The notes under the pieces: model-generated
Told to the model about the DNA's origin: nothing
Database searches by the model: none
The model's input: the letters and a program-made list of their open reading frames with translations, nothing else
In this document: one piece after another, positions 31,775-44,055 of the stretch
How the letters are laid out: every line of letters starts with the position of its first letter
How positions within the stretch are numbered: the first letter of the stretch is position 1
Assembly (NCBI GenBank): GCA_037147395.1
Contig: JBAWVG010000002.1
Coordinates: forward strand, 1,962 to 65,961
Direction of reading: 5' to 3'
DNA length: 64,000 bases
Source of the DNA: Nitrosomonadaceae bacterium
GTDB lineage: Bacteria; Pseudomonadota; Gammaproteobacteria; Burkholderiales; Nitrosomonadaceae
Translations under genes and position numbers: made by a program

Positions 31775-32620
31775 CTATCCCTTGATCCAGGTCTTCCATG
31801 CCAGCCACAACTTACGAACCGGTGTAAGACTGATGCGATGCTGCATGACATGGCATCCGTCTTTCTTGATCTCCTGTAGCAGGGTACGGTAGATCGACGC
31901 CATGATGATGCCAGAGAGTTGACTCTTGCGGTCTTCATCTGACAGTGCCGCAAATGCACTCTCATAGTAGCTCTCCGCACGTTCAATCTGAAACTCCATC
32001 AAACGCTTGAAATTGTCACTCTCACGAGACTGTAGTATGTCCTTCTCAGACACACCGAAACGAACAAGATCATCCTGAGGCAGATAAATGCGATCGCGCC
32101 GCGCATCCTCGCCCACATCGCGGATGATATTGGTGAGCTGGAAAGCAAGACCTAAATCTTCCGCATACTTCAGGGTCGTGGCATTACGATAGCCAAAAAT
32201 CTCAACCGAGCACAGGCCCACCACACTCGCCACATGATAGCAGTAACGACGTAGGGTATTGAAATCAGCATAACGGTTATAGTTCAGGTCCATTTCCATC
32301 CCGTCGATGATTTCATTCAACCGTTCAGCAGTGAGATTAAATGATGGGGCCACGCCCGCCAGTGCCTTTGTTACTGGGTGACTGGGATTAACACCCTGCT
32401 CTTTACTGAAAATAGAACCGACCTCTTGCCGCCACCATGCAAGCTTTGCGGTCGCCACAGTCGGATCGGTGCACTCGTCTACAACATCATCTACTTCTCT
32501 GCAAAATGCATAGAGTGCAGTAATGGCACGACGTTTCTCGAGCGGGAGATAGAGGAAGCTGTAATAGAAACTGGATCCGCTCTGAACAGCTTTCTGCTGG
32601 CAATACTGGTCAGGGGTCAT
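31775..32620 (-). CDS. Squalene/phytoene synthase family protein (HpnD/CrtB-like)
   Basis: Two Asp-rich motifs of head-to-head prenyl synthases: YAFCREVDDVVDE and NIIRDVGEDARRDRIYLP. At about 281 aa it is HpnD-like in size, but the subfamily cannot be assigned by eye. ATG at 32620. Confidence 0.8.
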   Translation of the reverse strand: MTPDQYCQQKAVQSGSSFYYSFLYLPLEKRRAITALYAFCREVDDVVDECTDPTVATAKLAWWRQEVGSIFSKEQGVNPSHPVTKALAGVAPSFNLTAERLNEIIDGMEMDLNYNRYADFNTLRRYCYHVASVVGLCSVEIFGYRNATTLKYAEDLGLAFQLTNIIRDVGEDARRDRIYLPQDDLVRFGVSEKDILQSRESDNFKRLMEFQIERAESYYESAFAALSDEDRKSQLSGIIMASIYRTLLQEIKKDGCHVMQHRISLTPVRKLWLAWKTWIKG

Positions 32621-32804
32621 ATGCAATTATTCTGGAGAAAGGACTGTCTTTAAACGACTGGGGAAACTGCAAGATCTTCGAGAGATTCTGTAATGACGGA
32701 CACTCATCTACTCACCCACCAATGAGTCTCCAAACGGCAAACAATTTACAGGAATTTACGCATGGTGTGTAAATGAATTCTAAATTCTTCGACCTACTCG
32801 TCCC

Positions 32805-32836
32805 AAAAAGAACCCCGCCGAGGCGGGGTTCTTTTT
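32805..32836 (-). terminator. Rho-independent (bidirectional) terminator downstream of groEL
   Basis: AAAAAGAACCCCGCCGAGGCGGGGTTCTTTTT forms a GC-rich 8-9-bp stem flanked by A5 and T5. It begins about 30 nt after the groEL stop, and the minus-strand transcript gets the U-run. Confidence 0.85.
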
Positions 32837-32866
32837 GCATACCTAGCCTAAGCCAAGTGGCATGCT

Positions 32867-34546
<1,680 letters not shown>

Positions 34547-34567
34547 TTATGGTGGTCACTGACAGGA

Positions 34568-34858
34568 CTAGCCCTCAACCACACCCATGATGTCTTCTTC
34601 ACGCATCACCAGGAGCTCTACCCCATCGACCTTAACCGTCTGACCAGAGTATTTCCCGAACAGCACTTTGTCGCCGACCTTGACATCCAGTGCACGAATC
34701 TTGCCGTCGTCGCCAACTTTGCCTTTACCCACGGCAATAATTTCTCCTTGATCGGGTTTCTCCGCAGCACTGTCTGGGATGACAATACCGGATGCAGTCT
34801 TGCGTTCTTCTTCCAGCCGCTTGACAATAACGCGGTCATGTAACGGACGAATTTTCAT
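34568..34858 (-). CDS. groES: Co-chaperonin GroES
   Basis: [35 protein letters not shown] is the canonical GroES sequence; 96 aa. Confidence 0.99.
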   Translation of the reverse strand: MKIRPLHDRVIVKRLEEERKTASGIVIPDSAAEKPDQGEIIAVGKGKVGDDGKIRALDVKVGDKVLFGKYSGQTVKVDGVELLVMREEDIMGVVEG

Positions 34859-34951
34859 ATTCCTCTCCTATTTAAAATTAACATCATGAAAACTCTCAGA
34901 AAACCAATATGCAGTATGTAGACCCTCTGAGAGACTGTTGCAAAAACATAT

Positions 34952-34978
34952 TTAGCACTCATCACCTACGAGTGCTAA
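34952..34978 (-). promoter_or_regulatory. CIRCE operator (HrcA binding site)
   Basis: TTAGCACTC-ATCACCTAC-GAGTGCTAA is a perfect match to the consensus TTAGCACTC-N9-GAGTGCTAA. It lies 94 nt upstream of the groES ATG. The element is palindromic, so the strand is assigned by the presumed target. Confidence 0.93.
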
Positions 34979-35006
34979 TAATAGTGCTTAACCCCGGGAA
35001 TTTCAA
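34978..35006 (-). promoter_or_regulatory. Putative groES promoter (TTGAAA-N17-TATTAT; the -35 region also fits sigma32 CTTGAAA)
   Basis: The minus strand reads CTTGAAATTCCCGGGGTTAAGCACTATTATTAGCACTC. The -10 hexamer overlaps the first base of CIRCE, the classic HrcA arrangement around the transcription start. Confidence 0.5.
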
Positions 35007-35010
35007 GTAG

Positions 35011-36321
35011 ATGAGCAACAAAAACTTATTAGAACGCAGCCTAAATTCGGTCTGGCACCCCTGCACTCAAATGAAACAGCATGAGATGCTGCCACTCGTT
35101 CCCATCTCCCGAGGGGAGGGGATCTGGCTATATGATTTTGATGGTGGTCGCTATCTAGATGCCATCAGCTCATGGTGGGTCAACTTATTTGGTCACTCCA
35201 ATCCACGCATTAATGCTGCCATCCGGGATCAACTGGATAAGCTAGAACATGTCATGCTGGCAGGATTCACGCACGAACCGGTGGTGCAGCTATCTGAACG
35301 GCTGATTCAGATCGTACCGGGTGAGCTTGGTCATTGTTTCTACGGTAGCGATGGTGCATCTGCTACAGAGATTGCACTAAAAATGAGCTTCCATTACTGG
35401 CACAATACAGGCCACCCGGGGAAGACCCGCTTCATCAGTCTTCAGAATGGGTACCACGGAGAAACTCTGGGCGCATTAGCGGTCACCGATGTGGCCCTAT
35501 TCAGGGAGACCTACTCACCGCTGCTGCGTCATAGTAACCATGTCCGCACCCCCGACTGGCGGTATGCGGACAAAGGAGAATCCCCTAAAGTTTACGCGCT
35601 GCGCGCTGCTGCCGAACTTGAAGACTTCTTAGCGAAACACCATACTGAGACGGCAGCACTGATTCTCGAGCCCTTAATTCAGGGAGCGGCCGGCATGGGA
35701 ATGTATCACTCCGATTACCTCAAGCATGCACGTGAGATCTGTGACCGGTACCAGGTACACCTGATCGCCGATGAAATTGCAGTCGGTTTCGGCAGAACTG
35801 GAACCCTCTTTGCCTGTGAGCAGGCCGATATTACACCAGATTTTTTATGCCTCGCAAAAGGTCTGAGCGGCGGTTATTTGCCTCTATCCGTGGTGATGAC
35901 CACTGACAGTGTTTACCAAGCCTTCTATCATGATGAGACCGCTCGCGCCTTTCTGCATTCGCATACCCATTCCGGTAATGCCCTCGCCTGTCGGGCTGCG
36001 CTCGCTACGCTGGATATTTTCGAACAGGATGGAGTCATCGCTGCAAATCTCAACAAGGCACGGTATCTCAACCGAGTGTCACAACCGATCACATCTCATC
36101 CCAAGGTAAAGAACTTCCGTAACTGCGGCATGATCTGGGCATTTGAAGTAGAAACAAGCGATCCCGCATTTTCAGGAAAATTTTTTCAGGCGGCGCTCAA
36201 GCAAGGATTACTGCTGCGGCCACTGGAGAATACCGTCTACTTCATGCCTCCTTATGTGATCAATGAGCAGGAGATGGACTTGTTAGTAACAGGAACTTTA
36301 CGAGCACTAGACTCATGCTGA
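35011..36321 (+). CDS. bioA: Adenosylmethionine-8-amino-7-oxononanoate aminotransferase
   Basis: SVWHPCTQM matches E. coli BioA HIWHPYTSM at the same distance from the start. PLP-lysine context FLCLAKGLSGGYLP and the class-III aminotransferase layout are present. Confidence 0.93.
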   Translation: MSNKNLLERSLNSVWHPCTQMKQHEMLPLVPISRGEGIWLYDFDGGRYLDAISSWWVNLFGHSNPRINAAIRDQLDKLEHVMLAGFTHEPVVQLSERLIQIVPGELGHCFYGSDGASATEIALKMSFHYWHNTGHPGKTRFISLQNGYHGETLGALAVTDVALFRETYSPLLRHSNHVRTPDWRYADKGESPKVYALRAAAELEDFLAKHHTETAALILEPLIQGAAGMGMYHSDYLKHAREICDRYQVHLIADEIAVGFGRTGTLFACEQADITPDFLCLAKGLSGGYLPLSVVMTTDSVYQAFYHDETARAFLHSHTHSGNALACRAALATLDIFEQDGVIAANLNKARYLNRVSQPITSHPKVKNFRNCGMIWAFEVETSDPAFSGKFFQAALKQGLLLRPLENTVYFMPPYVINEQEMDLLVTGTLRALDSC

Positions 36322-36346
36322 TCATCCACTGCATTGGCGCCTACTC

Positions 36347-37750
36347 ATGAGACTCACCTTTCTAGGTGCCGCCGGTGAAGTCACGGGCTCAAGCTATCTG
36401 GTCGAGGCCGACGGTATGAACTTCTTAGTCGACTGCGGCATGTTTCAGGGTGGACGCGAAGCCGATCACAAGAACCACGCATCCTTTGGATTCAACCCCG
36501 AAAAGCTAGATTTTGTTCTGCTCACCCATGCCCATATCGATCATTCTGGGTTGCTACCCAGGTTGGGAGCACTGGGCTTTAGAGGTCCCGTCTATACCAC
36601 CTCCGCAACCGCCGACCTGCTCCAAGTGATGCTGAAGGATAGTGCTCATATTCAAGAAAAAGAAGCAGAATGGCAGAACAAGATGGACTATCGCGATCAA
36701 CGCAAACCTCATCACGAAATCGCGCCGCTTTATACCGTCATTCAGGCTGAGGCTTTTCTCCGACAGATAAAGGGCGTCGATTATGATGTAGAGGTCACCC
36801 CCCACCCATCAGTGCGCTGCATTTTCCGCGATGCCGGCCACATCTTGGGATCGGCCATCATCGAGGTGTGGGTAGGAACCAATGAAGGTCACAAGAAACT
36901 GGTGTTCTCCGGCGATCTGGGACAGCCTGGCCATCCTATCGTGCACGACCCCACCCCAATTCAGCAGGCCGATGTGCTGCTGGTAGAGTCAACCTATGGC
37001 AACCGCTTGCATCGGAACATGAAGGACACGTTAGATGAACTGGTGCATGTCGTTAACGATACCTTGCAGCGAAAAGGCGGGAATGTAATCGTCCCTTCTT
37101 TCGCCGTAGGACGCACTCAGGATCTTCTGTTTCTGCTGATAGATCTCTACCGACAGGGCAAGCTCGGAGAGATGGATATTTATGTGGACTCGCCCATGGC
37201 TCTGGCCGCAACCGACATCACTCTGAAACATATGAAACTGCTCGACAAGGAGGCTATTAACACGATGCAGTGGTTAACCCAGAGCGCGGGAAAGCCTCGC
37301 ATTCACTTTGTGCAAGATGTTGAAGAGTCTATGCGGCTCAATAATGTGCAGCATGGTGCGATCATCATCTCCGCCAGCGGTATGTGTGATGCTGGCCGCA
37401 TCAAGTATCATCTTAAATACAATCTGGGCAGACCTGAGTGCAGCATTCTCATTACCGGATTCCAGGCCGAAGGGACATTAGGACGAAGGCTAGTCGACCG
37501 GGTCAACCACGTGAAAATTTTTGGTCAGGATATACCCGTACGGGCCGATATATACACCATCGGGGGCCTCTCCGCTCATGCTGATCAGGCAGGCTTAATG
37601 AACTGGCTGGGACATTTCAGTACCGCTCCCGATCAAACCTTTGTGGTCCATGGCGAGTCGAGTAATGCTGCCACCTTGGCTGAAGTGATCCAGCAGAAAT
37701 TACATTGGCAGGTGCGCGTTCCTGCGCAACTGACATCGGTTACATTCTGA
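36347..37750 (+). CDS. MBL-fold beta-CASP family metallo-hydrolase (RNA-metabolising type)
   Basis: Metallo-beta-lactamase motif LLTHAHIDHSG and the beta-CASP C-terminal motif GGLSAHADQAGL; 467 aa. Confidence 0.85.
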   Translation: MRLTFLGAAGEVTGSSYLVEADGMNFLVDCGMFQGGREADHKNHASFGFNPEKLDFVLLTHAHIDHSGLLPRLGALGFRGPVYTTSATADLLQVMLKDSAHIQEKEAEWQNKMDYRDQRKPHHEIAPLYTVIQAEAFLRQIKGVDYDVEVTPHPSVRCIFRDAGHILGSAIIEVWVGTNEGHKKLVFSGDLGQPGHPIVHDPTPIQQADVLLVESTYGNRLHRNMKDTLDELVHVVNDTLQRKGGNVIVPSFAVGRTQDLLFLLIDLYRQGKLGEMDIYVDSPMALAATDITLKHMKLLDKEAINTMQWLTQSAGKPRIHFVQDVEESMRLNNVQHGAIIISASGMCDAGRIKYHLKYNLGRPECSILITGFQAEGTLGRRLVDRVNHVKIFGQDIPVRADIYTIGGLSAHADQAGLMNWLGHFSTAPDQTFVVHGESSNAATLAEVIQQKLHWQVRVPAQLTSVTF

Positions 37751-37752
37751 AT

Positions 37753-39186
37753 ATGATCAGGCCCACCCTAGCTTTAGCCTTCTACTTCTTCGTGTTTTCT
37801 GCTGCACCGATATCTGCTACTGCACAAAGCCTGCCGGCCCCCATCATCCAGATACTCAAACAGTCAGGTATCCCCGAATCTGCCACCGCTATCTATGTGC
37901 ATGAGATCGGCGCAGCTCAACCGGTGATTGCTATCAATGCCAATACGGCGATGAATCCGGCATCTGCGATGAAACTTGTTACCACGTTCGCCGGACTCGA
38001 ACTACTGGGGCCGGCGTATACCTGGAAGACCGAGTTATATGCGAACGGGATCATAGAGGGTGACACCTTACGCGGCGATCTGGTGATTAAGGGATACGGT
38101 GATCCGAGACTCAACCTTGAGAATTTCTGGTTGCTGACTCGCCGCCTACGTCAGACTGGGCTTCGGGAAATCACGGGTGATCTGGTACTGGATAGCAGCC
38201 ACTTCGACGCCCCCGGAGGTGATCCGGGAGCTTTCGATGGCAAGCCCCATCGAGCATACAATGTTCCCCCCGAGGCGTTACTGGTGAATCATCGCATACT
38301 TGCGCTAAGACTAATCCCACAACCAGGAAGCAAGACCGTCCGAGTGGTGGTTGATCCAATTCCAGAATCACTTGATCTGAATAATCACCTTAAACTCAGC
38401 AGCAGCAAGTGTAACGATTGGCGTGATCTATTCAGCACAGATATCAAGGACAATGGCCGCATCACGATTACCCTTAATGGCAACTATCCAACAGATTGCG
38501 GTGAGAAGACGCTGTATCTGAGCCTGCACGATAGCCCACTCTATACCTTTAGCCTTTTTAAACAGTTATGGATGCAACAAGGTGGGGTTCTACGGGGAAA
38601 GGTTCGAAGCGATAGCGTATCGGAAAAAATAACACCACTGGAAACTCATCACTCCCCCCCACTTGCTGAAATCGTTCGAGACATTAATAAGTTCAGCAAC
38701 AATGTCACTGCGAGGCAGTTATACCTCGCCTTGGGGGTAGCGAGTGGCGAGGGACCGGCCACCCTTAGCAAATCCAACGCCGCCATCAAGCAGTGGCTCA
38801 CTTCAAGACAATTGGATTTTCCAGAATTGGTCATCGAAAATGGCTCTGGGCTGTCACGCAATGAGCGCATCAGCGCAAGTCATCTAGGCGAGCTTCTTCT
38901 CACTGCCTTCCAAAGCCCGATCATGCCGGAGTTCGTCTCGTCGCTACCGATTGCAGCTGTGGATGGCACTATGAAAAAACGCACCAACGGAACATCCGTT
39001 GCAGGGCAGGCACATATTAAGACGGGTTTACTGGATAACGTGAAATCAATGGCAGGTTACGTGCTCGATAAATCTGGCCGGCGCGTGGTCGTGGTCTTCT
39101 TCGTTAATCATCCCAGCTCTGCTAGCGCGCAGTTGGCAATGGATGCCCTGCTGCACTGGATCTATATACGGCCCTCTCACAAGTAA
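37753..39186 (+). CDS. dacB: D-alanyl-D-alanine carboxypeptidase/endopeptidase (PBP4 family)
   Basis: Signal peptide, active-site SxxK context (PASAMKLVT), SNN-type motif (KFSNNVTA) and KTG motif (HIKTGLL). ATG at 37753; the ORF-track start at 37705 overlaps the upstream gene. Confidence 0.88.
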   Translation: MIRPTLALAFYFFVFSAAPISATAQSLPAPIIQILKQSGIPESATAIYVHEIGAAQPVIAINANTAMNPASAMKLVTTFAGLELLGPAYTWKTELYANGIIEGDTLRGDLVIKGYGDPRLNLENFWLLTRRLRQTGLREITGDLVLDSSHFDAPGGDPGAFDGKPHRAYNVPPEALLVNHRILALRLIPQPGSKTVRVVVDPIPESLDLNNHLKLSSSKCNDWRDLFSTDIKDNGRITITLNGNYPTDCGEKTLYLSLHDSPLYTFSLFKQLWMQQGGVLRGKVRSDSVSEKITPLETHHSPPLAEIVRDINKFSNNVTARQLYLALGVASGEGPATLSKSNAAIKQWLTSRQLDFPELVIENGSGLSRNERISASHLGELLLTAFQSPIMPEFVSSLPIAAVDGTMKKRTNGTSVAGQAHIKTGLLDNVKSMAGYVLDKSGRRVVVVFFVNHPSSASAQLAMDALLHWIYIRPSHK

Positions 39187-39207
39187 GCAGTCTCTTTAGA
39201 ATCCCTG

Positions 39208-40680
39208 CTATCCAACCTTGCTGTCGAGTCCACTCTCTGCGATTTCGGCCGCACGTAATAGCGCTTTGGCTTTATTCTGGGTCTCGATCCACTCGCTCTG
39301 TGGGATAGAGTCGGCAACGATGCCTGCACCAGCCTGCACGTGCAACATACCATCCTTGATCACCCCGGTACGGATGGCGATAGCGAGATCCATGTCACCA
39401 TTAAATCCCAGATAGCCCACCGCACCGGCGTAGATACCTCTCTTAGAAACCTCTAGCTCGTCGATGATCTGCATCGCGCGTACCTTGGGTGCACCGCTCA
39501 CAGTCCCCGCCGGAAAAGTAGCTCGCAGCACGTCCATCGCTTTCAGACCTGACTTGAGCTTGGCATCCACATTAGAAACAATATGCATGACATGTGAGTA
39601 ATTCTCGATCTTCATATTCTCAGTCACTTTTACCGTACCGGTCTGTGCAACTCGTCCGATATCGTTTCGCCCCAGATCCATCAGCATCACGTGCTCTGCC
39701 CGTTCCTTCGGGTCGGCCAACAGATCGGCTGCAAGTGCCGTATCCTCCTGTAAACTTTTGCCGCGCGGGCGGGTACCTGCAATGGGTCTTACTGTAACGG
39801 TATCGCCCTCCAGTCGTACTAGAATCTCTGGTGAAGCACCGACTACATGAAACTCACCAAAGTGATAGTAAAACATGTAAGGGGATGGATTGAGGCTGCG
39901 CAGAGCACGGTACAGTGCCAGAGGTGATGCTGCATAAGGCTTAGTGGTTCGCTGCGACAGCACTACCTGCATGATATCGCCATCGAAGATATAGCGCTTG
40001 GCACGTCCCACCGCCGAGATGAAATCTGCCTCGCTAAACTCAGACACGGCCTCGCTAATTTTGGATGGTTCTGCCAGCGGAATCTGCAGAGGTCTGCGTA
40101 ACAACCCAAGCAATTCTTTCATCCGCGTCTGCACCTTCTGGTAAGAATTTACCTCTGCTGGATCAGCATAAACGATGAGATAAAGCTTACCCGACAGATT
40201 GTCTACTACCGCCAACTCCTCAGATAAAAGCAATAAAATATCAGGAGTATTCAGTGTATCTGGTCGTGCTTGGCCGGCGAGCCTGTGTTCGATGTAACGT
40301 ACTGCATCATAAGCGAAATAACCCGCCAAACCACCACAGAAACGTGGCAGACCCGGTGAGATTGCTGCCTTAAAGTTCGCTAGATAGGACTCAACGAATG
40401 CCAACGGATCATCCGTTTTGATTACTTGTGTCTCCTGACCGTTGATGACCCTGAGTTCGTCGCCACGCGCCTCAATGCGAATCGTGGCGGGCAGTCCGAT
40501 GAAGGAGTAGCGACCAAAACGCTCACCACCTTGCACCGACTCCAGTAGATATGAATAGGGCTGGTTGGCGAGCTTGAGATAGACTGACAGAGGTGTGTCG
40601 AGATCAGCTAGCGTCTCCAATACCATTGGAATCCGGTTATAGCCTTGACCTGCGAGATCATTGAACTCTGATTCGGTCAT
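39208..40680 (-). CDS. trpE: Anthranilate synthase component I
   Basis: LLESV...RYSF N-terminal motif and C-terminal chorismate-binding motifs ([20 protein letters not shown]); 490 aa. Confidence 0.95.
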   Translation of the reverse strand: MTESEFNDLAGQGYNRIPMVLETLADLDTPLSVYLKLANQPYSYLLESVQGGERFGRYSFIGLPATIRIEARGDELRVINGQETQVIKTDDPLAFVESYLANFKAAISPGLPRFCGGLAGYFAYDAVRYIEHRLAGQARPDTLNTPDILLLLSEELAVVDNLSGKLYLIVYADPAEVNSYQKVQTRMKELLGLLRRPLQIPLAEPSKISEAVSEFSEADFISAVGRAKRYIFDGDIMQVVLSQRTTKPYAASPLALYRALRSLNPSPYMFYYHFGEFHVVGASPEILVRLEGDTVTVRPIAGTRPRGKSLQEDTALAADLLADPKERAEHVMLMDLGRNDIGRVAQTGTVKVTENMKIENYSHVMHIVSNVDAKLKSGLKAMDVLRATFPAGTVSGAPKVRAMQIIDELEVSKRGIYAGAVGYLGFNGDMDLAIAIRTGVIKDGMLHVQAGAGIVADSIPQSEWIETQNKAKALLRAAEIAESGLDSKVG

Positions 40681-41402
40681 AGGATTTTGCGGATCAACCC
40701 ACTCGCCTCATCAATGGATGCGACGATGGCATCACAATCGAGTTCACGCACATCCCGACCTTCGTTATAGCCATAGGGCACACAGAAGATATGGCATCCC
40801 GCCGCACGTGCAGCCTCGGTGTCATTGAGCGAATCCCCGATCAGTAGCATCTCATGCGGCATGATGCCGAAATGCTCACAAGCATGCAGCAATGGCAGTG
40901 GATCAGGTTTCCTTCTTGGCAGACTATCGCCGGATAGGACTATCTCAAAGTAATCTAGCAGACCAGTACCGCTCAATAGTGGCAGAGTAAAGGCCTCGGC
41001 CTTATTGGTGATACAGGCCATGCGCAATCCCTTCTGCTGAAGAACATTTAGCCCACTGACAACTCCCGGGTAGGGGGATGTGTTGACGCAAAGGGTACTG
41101 GCATATTCGCGTTCGTATATCGGCATCGCCTTAGCAAACAAGGCAGTATCGGGTTCATCGTCAAGACTACCTGTCAGTGAACGCTTTACTAGCTTCTGGA
41201 TACCCTTACCGATATAGGAGCGGATGATCTCAATCGGCAGCTCCTCCCTTCCCAATTCCCGTAGCATGCTATTCGCAGCAGCGGCAAGATCACCAGCCGT
41301 GTCGAGCAGGGTGCCGTCCAGATCGATCATCACCGCCTTGACCGGCAGCAACGCTCCCGTTCGCGCTGCTGAATCGGCAGCGTTCTGGGAAATTTTATCC
41401 AT
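40677..41402 (-). CDS. gph: Phosphoglycolate phosphatase (HAD family)
   Basis: HAD motif [13 protein letters not shown] and motif [19 protein letters not shown]. Lies between rpe and trpE. Its stop overlaps the trpE ATG (ATGA). Confidence 0.85.
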   Translation of the reverse strand: MDKISQNAADSAARTGALLPVKAVMIDLDGTLLDTAGDLAAAANSMLRELGREELPIEIIRSYIGKGIQKLVKRSLTGSLDDEPDTALFAKAMPIYEREYASTLCVNTSPYPGVVSGLNVLQQKGLRMACITNKAEAFTLPLLSGTGLLDYFEIVLSGDSLPRRKPDPLPLLHACEHFGIMPHEMLLIGDSLNDTEAARAAGCHIFCVPYGYNEGRDVRELDCDAIVASIDEASGLIRKIL

Positions 41403-41410
41403 TCTTGCGG

Positions 41411-42094
41411 CTAAACCTTTGCTAATTCTGCGCGCAGTGCGCCCACGACCGTGTCATAACGATGCGGGTCGCTGTCCTTACCGGCACTGTAAATAGCCGA
41501 ACCAGCAACAAAGGTATCAGCACCTGCTCGGGCAATCTCAGCGATGTTGTCTATCTTCACACCTCCATCGACTTCCAGCAGGATATCTCGACCACAAGCA
41601 TCAATCCGAGCCCGTACCGCCCTCAGCTTGTTCAATGCTTCTGGAATGAATTTCTGTCCGCCAAAACCGGGATTGACCGACATGATCAGGATCAGATCAA
41701 TCTTGTCCAAAACATGATCAAGATAGTGTAGAGGTGTTGCCGGATTAAACACCAGACCGGCCTTGCACCCTTGCTCCTTGATCAATCCGATGGTGCGGTC
41801 AATATGCCTGGACGCCTCGGGGTGGAAAGAAATGATATTGGCTCCGGCCTTTGCGAAGTCAGGAACAATCCGGTCAACTGGCTCTACCATCAGGTGCACG
41901 TCGATGATGGCCTTAGTCAGGGGACGGATCGCCTCACACACCAGCGGGCCGATCGTTAGATTTGGGACGTAATGATTATCCATCACGTCAAAATGAATGA
42001 TATCCGCACCGGAATCGACAACAGCAGTTATCTCCTCACCCAGCTTGGCAAAATTCGCGGAAAGAATACTCGGAGCAATACGATAATTGGCCAT
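41411..42094 (-). CDS. rpe: Ribulose-phosphate 3-epimerase
   Basis: [16 protein letters not shown]...[18 protein letters not shown] and [13 protein letters not shown] are canonical Rpe motifs. Confidence 0.97.
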   Translation of the reverse strand: MANYRIAPSILSANFAKLGEEITAVVDSGADIIHFDVMDNHYVPNLTIGPLVCEAIRPLTKAIIDVHLMVEPVDRIVPDFAKAGANIISFHPEASRHIDRTIGLIKEQGCKAGLVFNPATPLHYLDHVLDKIDLILIMSVNPGFGGQKFIPEALNKLRAVRARIDACGRDILLEVDGGVKIDNIAEIARAGADTFVAGSAIYSAGKDSDPHRYDTVVGALRAELAKV

Positions 42095-42226
42095 GAAAAA
42101 CCACCCTATAATAAAAGTATTATTTTACCGTGAAATGGCTTTCACGAACCACTGGCTTCATCTCACAAACAGAATATTTTTTAAGCGCTCCTTGCCCTGA
42201 TTCGAAAAATAGTGTGCAATGCGGGT

Positions 42227-42610
42227 ATGGTTGATAATAAGAAATATGAACTCAATGTGACGGTTAACACCACCTATCTTCCGGAACAATCGGATGAAGT
42301 CTCTGACCGTTACGTATTCGCCTACACTATCACCATCGCTAACACCGGGTCAGTCGCGGCACAGCTTATCAGTCGCCACTGGATCATCGCGGATGGTGGT
42401 GGCAGTGTTCAGGAAGTACGCGGACTCGGCGTAGTTGGGGAGCAGCCGCTATTGAAGCCTGGTGACAGTTTTGAATACACCAGCGGCACTGCAATCTCGA
42501 CCCCAATGGGTTCAATGAAAGGTAGTTATCAGATGGTGGCTGAAGATGGGCTCTACTTCGATGCAGCCATTCCAGAATTCATTCTAAGCGTACCTCGGAT
42601 ATTGCACTGA
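42227..42610 (+). CDS. apaG: ApaG (DUF525) protein
   Basis: DRYVFAYTITIANTG...SRHWIIADGGG...VRGLGVVGEQPLLKPGDSFEYTSG aligns with E. coli ApaG along its whole length. ATG at 42227 gives 127 aa. Confidence 0.92.
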   Translation: MVDNKKYELNVTVNTTYLPEQSDEVSDRYVFAYTITIANTGSVAAQLISRHWIIADGGGSVQEVRGLGVVGEQPLLKPGDSFEYTSGTAISTPMGSMKGSYQMVAEDGLYFDAAIPEFILSVPRILH

Positions 42611-42642
42611 AAAAACCGTACGTATTTTTTCAGCCTCTCCAA

Positions 42643-44043
42643 TTAACCGTACTTCTTTCTGCCAAAGCGTCGACGTCGATGGGCCTGTCTTGCCTCGGCC
42701 TCGCTCAATGGTCCCGGCTTCTTGCCAGCATAGGGATTACTACTCGACCTGAACTCAACACGCAGCGGCGTGCCCTCGAGATGATAAACCGATCGAAAAG
42801 TATTTTCGAGGTAGCGGCGATAGGTCTCAGCAACATGATCAAGGCCGCTTCCGTGGATTACGATCAGCGGTGGATTAGAGCCCCCTTGATGGGCATAACG
42901 CAATTTAGGGCGGGATACCCCGGTATGTGCCGGCGCTTGCTTTTCTACCGCTGCCAGTAGCGTACGCGTGAGTTTAGGGGTAGGCAGCTTCGCCATCGCA
43001 GCTGCATACGCTGTATCGACTGACGGTAACAATCCCTTCATACCACTACCCTGTAATGCAGAGATATACTGCGGCTTAGAAAAACTCAGGAGAAAAGCAA
43101 GTTTTCGAGTAATCTCACGCTTAATGTTATCTCGTTGATACTCGTCCAGCCCGTCCCACTTATTCACCACCAAGACCAGCGCACGCCCCGCCTCTAGAAT
43201 AAATCCAGCGATATGTGCATCCTGGTCAGAGATTTCGTTGCTCGCGTCTAGCACTAGCACAACCACATTAGCATCTTCCACTGCCTGCAACGTCTTCACC
43301 ACCGAGAATTTCTCAATGACCTCCTGCACTTTTCCGCGACGTCTCAGACCGGCTGTATCGATCAGAGTATACTGCCGGCCGTTACTCTCAAAATCGATAT
43401 AAATACTATCTCGAGTTGTACCCGGCTGATCAAAGGCTATCACGCGCTCCTCTCCGAGCAGTGTATTCACCAGCGTCGATTTACCCACGTTTGGACGCCC
43501 CACGATCGCTATCTTGGGATGCTTATCTTTTTCCTCTTCACCTTCCTGTTCGGGGAAATCTGCCAGCGCCAGATCTATCAGCTCATTCACATTGTCGCCA
43601 TGTACGGCGGAAACGGCACAGGGTTCACCCAGTCCCAATTCGTGAAATTCGGCGGTGACAACAGAGGTCGCCATTCCCTCGGTCTTATTAACGACCAGTA
43701 AAATTTTACGACCAGTCTTACGCAACTGCTCGGCGATTATCTTGTCATGTGCTGCCAGACCTTGTCTGCCATCGACAATGAACAGCACGATATCAGCCTC
43801 ATCTACCGCCTGTAGAGTTTGCCGAGCCATTTCATGCAGGATCCCATCCTTAGCAGCCGGCTCAAAACCACCGGTATCTACCACTAGATGCGGTTTATCG
43901 CCCAACCTTCCATGACCATAATGACGGTCTCGCGTCAGGCCTGGGATGTCTGCAACGATGGCATCTCGACTGCGGGTCAATCGGTTGAAGAGTGTTGACT
44001 TACCGACATTTGGCCGTCCAACTAGAACGATGGTGGGCTTCAT
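42643..44043 (-). CDS. der: Ribosome-biogenesis GTPase Der (EngA)
   Basis: Two tandem GTPase domains, each with a P-loop (GRPNVGKST twice), and a KH-like C-terminus. Confidence 0.96.
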   Translation of the reverse strand: MKPTIVLVGRPNVGKSTLFNRLTRSRDAIVADIPGLTRDRHYGHGRLGDKPHLVVDTGGFEPAAKDGILHEMARQTLQAVDEADIVLFIVDGRQGLAAHDKIIAEQLRKTGRKILLVVNKTEGMATSVVTAEFHELGLGEPCAVSAVHGDNVNELIDLALADFPEQEGEEEKDKHPKIAIVGRPNVGKSTLVNTLLGEERVIAFDQPGTTRDSIYIDFESNGRQYTLIDTAGLRRRGKVQEVIEKFSVVKTLQAVEDANVVVLVLDASNEISDQDAHIAGFILEAGRALVLVVNKWDGLDEYQRDNIKREITRKLAFLLSFSKPQYISALQGSGMKGLLPSVDTAYAAAMAKLPTPKLTRTLLAAVEKQAPAHTGVSRPKLRYAHQGGSNPPLIVIHGSGLDHVAETYRRYLENTFRSVYHLEGTPLRVEFRSSSNPYAGKKPGPLSEAEARQAHRRRRFGRKKYG

Positions 44044-44055
44044 AGATGCACTTGG

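Noticed and set aside
42607-42633. CTGAAAAAA-N9-TTTTTTCAG hairpin between convergent apaG and der as a bidirectional terminator
   Set aside because: The stem is 9 bp but six pairs are A:T, so predicted stability is low. It overlaps the apaG stop codon. It is recorded here but not called as a feature.
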